From assembly GCA_031428555.1 (NCBI GenBank), contig JANPPO010000025.1, positions 1 through 31,836 on the forward strand: a stretch of 31,836 nt of DNA, written 5' to 3'. A program made the position numbers and the translations under genes. The notes below the pieces were generated by a model, which saw nothing but the letters and a program-made list of their open reading frames with translations, ran no database searches and was not told the origin of the DNA. Numbering within the stretch: position 1 is the first letter of the stretch; each line of letters starts with the position of its first letter. Shown piece by piece: positions 26,804 to 31,836 of the stretch. This DNA is from Bdellovibrionales bacterium (GTDB lineage Bacteria; Bdellovibrionota; Bdellovibrionia; Bdellovibrionales; Bdellovibrionaceae).

Positions 26804-26938
26804 GAGCAGAACCTTAAATTCGGGGAATGCGTTTCGCAAGTAGAAAAATTTTGAGGATTTGGTCAAAGTGCGAAAGGGCTCTTGAATGCCACTTTGCATC
26901 AGGTTAAAACATTCTTGGCTGTGCAAAAAGGGGTGGAA

Positions 26939-27898
26939 ATGTCTTTTTTATTCAGAGTAGTTTTGGTGTCCGTTTTTTGTCCGCTTTTCGTCATGGCTCA
27001 AATCAATGATGAACCGGAAGCCTCAGTTCAAGGCGAACCTGCGCAATCCTCATCAGGGGTGAAGTTCAGGGGATTCAAATCTGCAACAGAAGATCTTCCC
27101 TTCATGAGCGAAGATTGGAAAATCAGTTATTTCCAATTGGCGGCAACAGAGCCTGCAAGATTCGACGATGATAAGTCAGCCGGAGTTTTCTTTTACAATT
27201 ATTTTTCATTTAACTACAAAATTGACGATACATCTCGATTTGCAGTCAGACCTGTTTTCACAATGGAATCGCCAGGCGTAAATAAGTATAACGACGAGGT
27301 TCGTGATTGGAATGCAAATTGGGGCGACTGGTATGCTCAGTATTCTAAATTTGATTTATTTGAAATTGGTCCATTTGGTTCTCGAATGAATGTTCGCCTT
27401 TACGCTCCGACAAGTGAAAATTCAGTGACGAACGGAATGATCACTCAGTTTCACCCAGAGCTTTTTTTCGAAACAAGTTTAAGACGTGGCACGAGTGTGG
27501 AAATTGCGTTCAAGGGTGACTATTATTTCCATAGCCAAAGAGCTTATAAATTTAAAACGGACTCGGGAAAAGAAATTTACACTTCGAATAAAGTTGCAGA
27601 GCTTGAAACGTATATCGAACTCAATCAGAAACTTAATTCAAAGTTCAGTATCAAGCCTCGGGTCGCATGGTTTGACGAGTGGAAGCATCGCAGTCCTGTG
27701 AATGGATTTTCAAGTACGCACTCAACTGCAGTCGCTGCCGGTGTTGGTCTTGATTGGCGACCGACGGAGAATTTTAATACGTTGCTGATCTATTCCAACG
27801 TCACAACTTATTACGGTAATCGTCCATTTATTCGAAAAGATAAAAAGTTTGATCCTAATAACGATCAGTTAGTTGCATTAACAAATTATCGTTTCTAA
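26939..27898 (+). CDS. Outer-membrane beta-barrel (porin-like) protein; start re-set to the ATG at 26939
   Basis: SD AAGGGG; signal peptide ending VMA; aromatic-rich amphipathic strands; C-terminal LVALTNYRF. Confidence 0.75.
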   Translation: MSFLFRVVLVSVFCPLFVMAQINDEPEASVQGEPAQSSSGVKFRGFKSATEDLPFMSEDWKISYFQLAATEPARFDDDKSAGVFFYNYFSFNYKIDDTSRFAVRPVFTMESPGVNKYNDEVRDWNANWGDWYAQYSKFDLFEIGPFGSRMNVRLYAPTSENSVTNGMITQFHPELFFETSLRRGTSVEIAFKGDYYFHSQRAYKFKTDSGKEIYTSNKVAELETYIELNQKLNSKFSIKPRVAWFDEWKHRSPVNGFSSTHSTAVAAGVGLDWRPTENFNTLLIYSNVTTYYGNRPFIRKDKKFDPNNDQLVALTNYRF

Positions 27899-28771
27899 TT
27901 ATTTGGTCATTTGCAGTGGCTGATTCAGCGGTTGATTTAAATGGCACTCTAAAAGCTTTCCCTTCCACGGAAAGCTTAAGTACATACATCTTAATTGAAT
28001 GACCTCGTCCTGAATTCTTGAATCATAATCTGCGTACATAGAATCTCCTACGATAGGAAATCCCAAAAACGATAATTGCGCTCTGATCTGGTGAGTTCTT
28101 CCTGTTATGAGCTCGATTTCCAATCTTGTGTAAGAATCAAATTCTTCTTTGCTTAAAATTTTGAGTTGGCAAACTTGAGTATTTGCTTTTTGTCGATCAC
28201 CAACAGTTTTGGGTGCGTAGGGCGTTTTGTCCATGAAGTGTTCATGAAGACCTAGTTCAGGTCCCGGTGATTTTACAAGAGCGTGATAGATTTTATTTAC
28301 CTTTTTATCTTTTAATAGATTCTGAAATTCAGTTTGGCTTTTAGGATCTTTTGTTAACACAAGAAGTCCAGAAGTTGGAACGTCAAGACGGTGAGTGGGA
28401 AAGAGAGTTTTGTGAAGTTGGTTCTGCAGATCAAACCATAGATTTTCTTCTAAGTTATCAACAGTCGGATGACATGGAAGGCCTGCAGGTTTATTTACGA
28501 TCAAAATTTCATCTGTCTCTAAAATGACTCGATCTTGAACTTTTAAGCGTGGGAAGCGCCTGGGGTCAGTGTGAATTCGAAGATAATCTTCCTGTCTAAT
28601 TTCCAAGTCGTCATAAACTCGAGAATCATTCAAATAAACGGCACCAAACTTAGCTAGTGCTAAGAGTTTAGAAATTTCAAAATGAGTTTCTTCAGAGACA
28701 ATCTTGGTCCAAAGGCCAGCTCGATTGCTGACGAAGTGAACAATTCCGGTATCTGTCTTTTTCCATGGCAT
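27899..28771 (-). CDS. RluA-family pseudouridine synthase
   Basis: NKPAGLPCHP, HRLDVPTSG (catalytic Asp), TGRTHQIRAQL and PIVGDSMY; S4-like GAVYLND. Confidence 0.94.
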   Translation of the reverse strand: MPWKKTDTGIVHFVSNRAGLWTKIVSEETHFEISKLLALAKFGAVYLNDSRVYDDLEIRQEDYLRIHTDPRRFPRLKVQDRVILETDEILIVNKPAGLPCHPTVDNLEENLWFDLQNQLHKTLFPTHRLDVPTSGLLVLTKDPKSQTEFQNLLKDKKVNKIYHALVKSPGPELGLHEHFMDKTPYAPKTVGDRQKANTQVCQLKILSKEEFDSYTRLEIELITGRTHQIRAQLSFLGFPIVGDSMYADYDSRIQDEVIQLRCMYLSFPWKGKLLECHLNQPLNQPLQMTK

Positions 28772-28843
28772 TGAATAATCGTTGTTAGCACAGTGTGACG
28801 AATGTGTTCAAGCAGGCTTGCGCAAGCCAATATGGTGATACTA

Positions 28844-29503
28844 ATGGAAATAGCCAATCAACCGATCTTTCACTACTTGGCGCAGTACGCGTACCAGCCC
28901 GAATGGGTTTATGCTGCGGTATTCGGAATGATGCTCGCTAGTGGATTTGGTTTGCCGCTTCCCGAAGAAGTCACACTGATTAGTTTAGGCGCATTAGCTT
29001 TTATGGGAACAAGACCCGATCTTTTTCCACCACCTGAGCCAGGCCTTACCCCTATTAATATGCATCATGCTGCGATTGTTGCGTTTACGGCGGTCGTGTT
29101 AAGTGACTGTCTAATCTATTGCTTGGGAAGAATATGGGGAAGGAAACTTCTCTACCATGAAAAAATGCGAAAGCTTGTTTCGGTGGAAGCTCTTAAAAAA
29201 GTAGAGGAAAGAACGAAGCGCTATGGAATGATAGCAGTTTTCGCATTTCGTTTTACGCCAGGAGTTCGTTTTCCAGGACATCTCGCTTGTGGAGCAATGA
29301 AATTTGAATTTTGGAGATTTTTGTTAGTCGATTGTTTCGCCGCTGCGATCAGTGTTCCAACTCAAATCTACCTTGTTGCGATTTATGGCGAGCCTATTAT
29401 TAACTTTTTAAAAGAAGTTAAGATGGTGCTGTTCGTATTGATTGGAATTGCTGCTGTCGTTTATCTCTTCCGAAGATTTTATCTTCGTCAAAAGACAGCT
29501 TAG
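28844..29503 (+). CDS. DedA-family membrane protein (start at ATG 28844 or 28832)
   Basis: GLPLPEEVTL, D..IY.LGR.WG and FRFTPGVR motifs; hydrophobic profile. Confidence 0.92.
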   Translation: MEIANQPIFHYLAQYAYQPEWVYAAVFGMMLASGFGLPLPEEVTLISLGALAFMGTRPDLFPPPEPGLTPINMHHAAIVAFTAVVLSDCLIYCLGRIWGRKLLYHEKMRKLVSVEALKKVEERTKRYGMIAVFAFRFTPGVRFPGHLACGAMKFEFWRFLLVDCFAAAISVPTQIYLVAIYGEPIINFLKEVKMVLFVLIGIAAVVYLFRRFYLRQKTA

Positions 29504-29535
29504 AAAAACGGGCAGCTCATTAAGCTGCCTTTTTT
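29504..29535. terminator. Bidirectional Rho-independent terminator overlapping the stop codon of the convergent gene
   Basis: AAAAA-cg-GGCAGCT-CATTA-AGCTGCC-TTTTTT. The minus-strand TAA at 29520-22 lies in the loop. Confidence 0.85.
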
Positions 29536-30575
29536 CTGAAATCCATCTGGCTTAATTCACAAGCAATTTTGAGAGCGGTCGGCTGATTCCAGTCGCGATC
29601 TTGCCACTCGTGCCAGAAAACTTTTTCATAGCCATTTTCGATGCCGTAAATTTCTTCACGAATTTTAAATAGTAAACCAAGGCCTGAACCCATTAACCAA
29701 TCCATTTGAACCAAATAAAGAGCTTCTTCAAGATCTTCAGGGCCCATTTCAGAAAGGAATGCGGTAGGTAATTGATCAATTAAAGAACATGCGTTGTGTA
29801 GATGTTTTTTAAATGTTTGAAAAATCGGCTCGACTAATAGTTTTTCAACTTTCACATCACTGCGAGTTCCTGCAGTAAAGGGCATTGAAAGCTTTTTGAA
29901 TTGCCAATACATGAGCGCATCAGTCACCACGTAATCAGCACGTGGAATATAATCCTGAACTGAATCAACTTTTACTGCTTCAAATGCAGGTTCACTTACA
30001 TGAGCATTGTGGTCTAAAGCCACGACACTTCGTAAATGAAATAGAAATGAATCCAAAGCTAAAAGCTTTTCTTCAAACTGAGCAGAAAATTTAACTCTAA
30101 AATTATAAATTAATGAACAGCCTATTTCCGCTTCGAATCTTTCGATCTCACTTACGAGTTCAGAAAAATCTTTTAAATCATATCCCCAAGGTTGCTGCAT
30201 TTTCTGTAAAGTCTCTGTGAAGCGCTTTTCAAATTTTTGAACAAGAGCTGGAGCAATCGGTTTTGTTTCTGAATAAAGAGCTTCAACACGCTTTTGAGAT
30301 TTTTTAAATAATTCTCTGTGAGGCTCGAACTCATTCCAAACAGTTTGAGCAAAACCCGCGTCAATATAAGGAACAGCAAGCGGAGATGCGCAGTAACTGT
30401 TGAGTCTTAAAAAAGAAGCTCCAAGCAGTAAATCTGAATTGTAAGCACTTGGTTTAGAAGGAGGATTCTTATCGAAATCCGACATCTGTTTCCAAAAGTG
30501 AAATGCCAATGGTCTAAAAGTTGAGCCTTTATCCAAAGTAATGTGATAACCCAAACGAATTCCGTCACGCTTCAT
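29520..30575 (-). CDS. Cytoplasmic hypothetical protein (alpha-helical), ending RKKAA
   Basis: 351-aa ORF with a strong SD (GGAGG) 7 nt before the ATG. No motif recognised. Confidence 0.8.
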   Translation of the reverse strand: MKRDGIRLGYHITLDKGSTFRPLAFHFWKQMSDFDKNPPSKPSAYNSDLLLGASFLRLNSYCASPLAVPYIDAGFAQTVWNEFEPHRELFKKSQKRVEALYSETKPIAPALVQKFEKRFTETLQKMQQPWGYDLKDFSELVSEIERFEAEIGCSLIYNFRVKFSAQFEEKLLALDSFLFHLRSVVALDHNAHVSEPAFEAVKVDSVQDYIPRADYVVTDALMYWQFKKLSMPFTAGTRSDVKVEKLLVEPIFQTFKKHLHNACSLIDQLPTAFLSEMGPEDLEEALYLVQMDWLMGSGLGLLFKIREEIYGIENGYEKVFWHEWQDRDWNQPTALKIACELSQMDFRKKAA

Positions 30576-30596
30576 AGGAATCCTCCAATATGAATC

Positions 30597-30624
30597 GTTT
30601 CGGCAAACATTTGATCAGGCTGAA
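30597..30624 (-). promoter_or_regulatory. Candidate sigma-28 (FliA) promoter
   Basis: Minus strand reads TTCAG-N15-GCCGAAAC, against the consensus TAAA-N15-GCCGATAA. It lies just upstream of the SD of 29520..30575. Confidence 0.5.
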
Positions 30625-30660
30625 GCTAGATTTATTGTTTAAGATATTTATAGGACTTCG

Positions 30661-30721
30661 GTCTTGGATTCCTTCAGATTTGCGAGAATCCAAGACTAGG
30701 AAGTGGGGGCTCAAAAGCCCC
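30661..30721. other. Two intergenic hairpins with no U-tracts
   Basis: GTCTTGGATTC (30661-71)/GAATCCAAGAC (30686-96) form 11 bp. GGGGCT-CAAA-AGCCCC at 30706-21. Confidence 0.55.
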
Positions 30722-30755
30722 GTGTAACGAATAGAAAGTTGGTCTACTAAAACGA

Positions 30756-31460
30756 TTAGTTTCGAACAGGCCAGTTGACTGTGTTAGAACCGAAGTTCGA
30801 TTGAGGATATGAGCTTGGGAATCCCTGGCTCGATTCTTTAGTCGCGATACAGGCTTCAACTCGTTTTGCAACTTCAACCCAAGTTTTAGATTTAGGAATT
30901 TCCGAAAGTAAGCAAGCATCCCAATAAGTGTATCGTGTATCAGGTGAACAACCGAATGATGGACGATCGTGGATCGCAGCTGTCATGATGACGCGGTTTG
31001 GACCTTTTAATTCATTCGTAACAAATTGTCCTGAATAACACGCAGAAATCAAAATAATCGTCGGTGCATTTCCGCACTTCTTATTGACCATTTGTGCAAA
31101 TGCGCTTGGGCTTAAGATTCCGCTCATAGAAAGATAGAAACCCTGATTTTTTGCTCCATGAGAAGTCATGTGAACAAAACAACCTTCATTCGTTTTAACT
31201 GGAGAAGCAAATGCCGCACCGATATTTTGCACTGTTGCTGCCGCAACGTCGCTAGTAACTTTATTTTTAGAAGAAGTTAATTGAACTGTTTCTAAAGCCA
31301 TTAATTTCCCGAGCATGTTAGAAATATCAACTCGGCCGTTATCGAAATTTTCGATTGAATCATCGCCTGCGATGAAAACACCTTTCCAAGTTAATGATTG
31401 AGCTTGTGCAGATAAAAAACCAAATAGAACAAATAAAATTGCGAACTGATTTAACTTCAT
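30756..31460 (-). CDS. Secreted clan CD cysteine peptidase (C13/legumain-caspase-like)
   Basis: Signal peptide ending AQA; HMTSHG and ILISACYSG His/Cys dyad; SFGC..D..YTYW. Confidence 0.85.
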   Translation of the reverse strand: MKLNQFAILFVLFGFLSAQAQSLTWKGVFIAGDDSIENFDNGRVDISNMLGKLMALETVQLTSSKNKVTSDVAAATVQNIGAAFASPVKTNEGCFVHMTSHGAKNQGFYLSMSGILSPSAFAQMVNKKCGNAPTIILISACYSGQFVTNELKGPNRVIMTAAIHDRPSFGCSPDTRYTYWDACLLSEIPKSKTWVEVAKRVEACIATKESSQGFPSSYPQSNFGSNTVNWPVRN

Positions 31461-31591
31461 TTTTTAACCCCTGTTTGTGAGATTCTTTTTTGCACAGGCC
31501 TCACGTTCTGACATGGCTTTTTTTACTTATTGTGAAAATTTCAAGGTTTCCTTTTGTTGCTCTCATGTGTGCGTGTTAGGATCACTGTCAT

Positions 31592-31836
31592 ATGAAATGG
31601 ATTGACGCTCACTCGCATTGGGCAGACTCACGTTTAGATTTGACTCGGGATCTTTTGATGACCCAGGCGCTGGAATCAGGGCTCAAGTATTCATTGCAAG
31701 GCGGAGTCGATCCAGAGGATTGGGAAAAGCAAAAAATATTTCAGGCGAAATTTCCCCAAAATGTTGGCTTATGTTTCGGACTTCATCCCTATTGGGTGGC
31801 CGCTCATAATGAAATTGAATTGGAAGAAGGTTTAGA
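31592..31836 (+). CDS. tatD: TatD-family hydrolase/DNase (3'-truncated; absent from the ORF track)
   Basis: My translation from ATG 31592 is MKWIDAHSHWAD...QGGVDPEDW...FGLHPYWV, which carries the DxHxH and GLHP motifs. Confidence 0.9.
   Translation, partial: MKWIDAHSHWADSRLDLTRDLLMTQALESGLKYSLQGGVDPEDWEKQKIFQAKFPQNVGLCFGLHPYWVAAHNEIELEEGL

Noticed and set aside
75-30919. About 25 short alternative-frame or antisense ORFs in the track (for example 1515..1721, 7673..7933, 8657..9010, 30674..30919)
   Set aside because: They lie within or overlap well-supported genes, and have no recognisable motifs or RBS.
31618-31809. 63-aa ORF from the track
   Set aside because: It is an off-frame shadow of the TatD frame starting at 31592.
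1-31836. CRISPR arrays, IS/transposases, integrases, prophage, tRNA/rRNA, defence systems
   Set aside because: By eye I found no regularly spaced direct repeats, DDE/HUH/tyrosine-recombinase motifs, cloverleafs or obvious GC shift. The AAA_28, EEP and TatD genes sit in ordinary contexts.

Overview
A gene-dense chromosomal window (GC in the low 40s % by eye) with about 30 protein-coding genes. The gene families point to a predatory Bdellovibrionota-type bacterium; this is an inference. I saw no rRNA, tRNA, CRISPR array, prophage or mobile element. Housekeeping genes include rpmG, dcd, a FabMG-type enoyl-ACP reductase, waaA with a GT9 transferase, RluA- and RlmL-like RNA modifiers, DedA, MFS and TatD. 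A signalling cluster at 2.5-11 kb encodes a CheY-like protein, a CheW-less PAS-PAS-Hpt-HATPase kinase, a FecR-FN3 membrane protein, a HAMP-PP2C phosphatase, a STAS protein, and a REC-DUF4388-TPR protein with a tandem MshEN-like motif. Several outer-membrane barrels, lipoproteins and exported hydrolases are also present. The best leads are: a ~207-nt intergenic rod-like structured element with two alternative folds (25473-25679); the signalling cluster; an OM-barrel/EF-hand-lipoprotein pair with a paralogue at the window start; and a secreted catalytically dead subtilase homologue. All family calls come from motifs read by eye, and no database searches were run.
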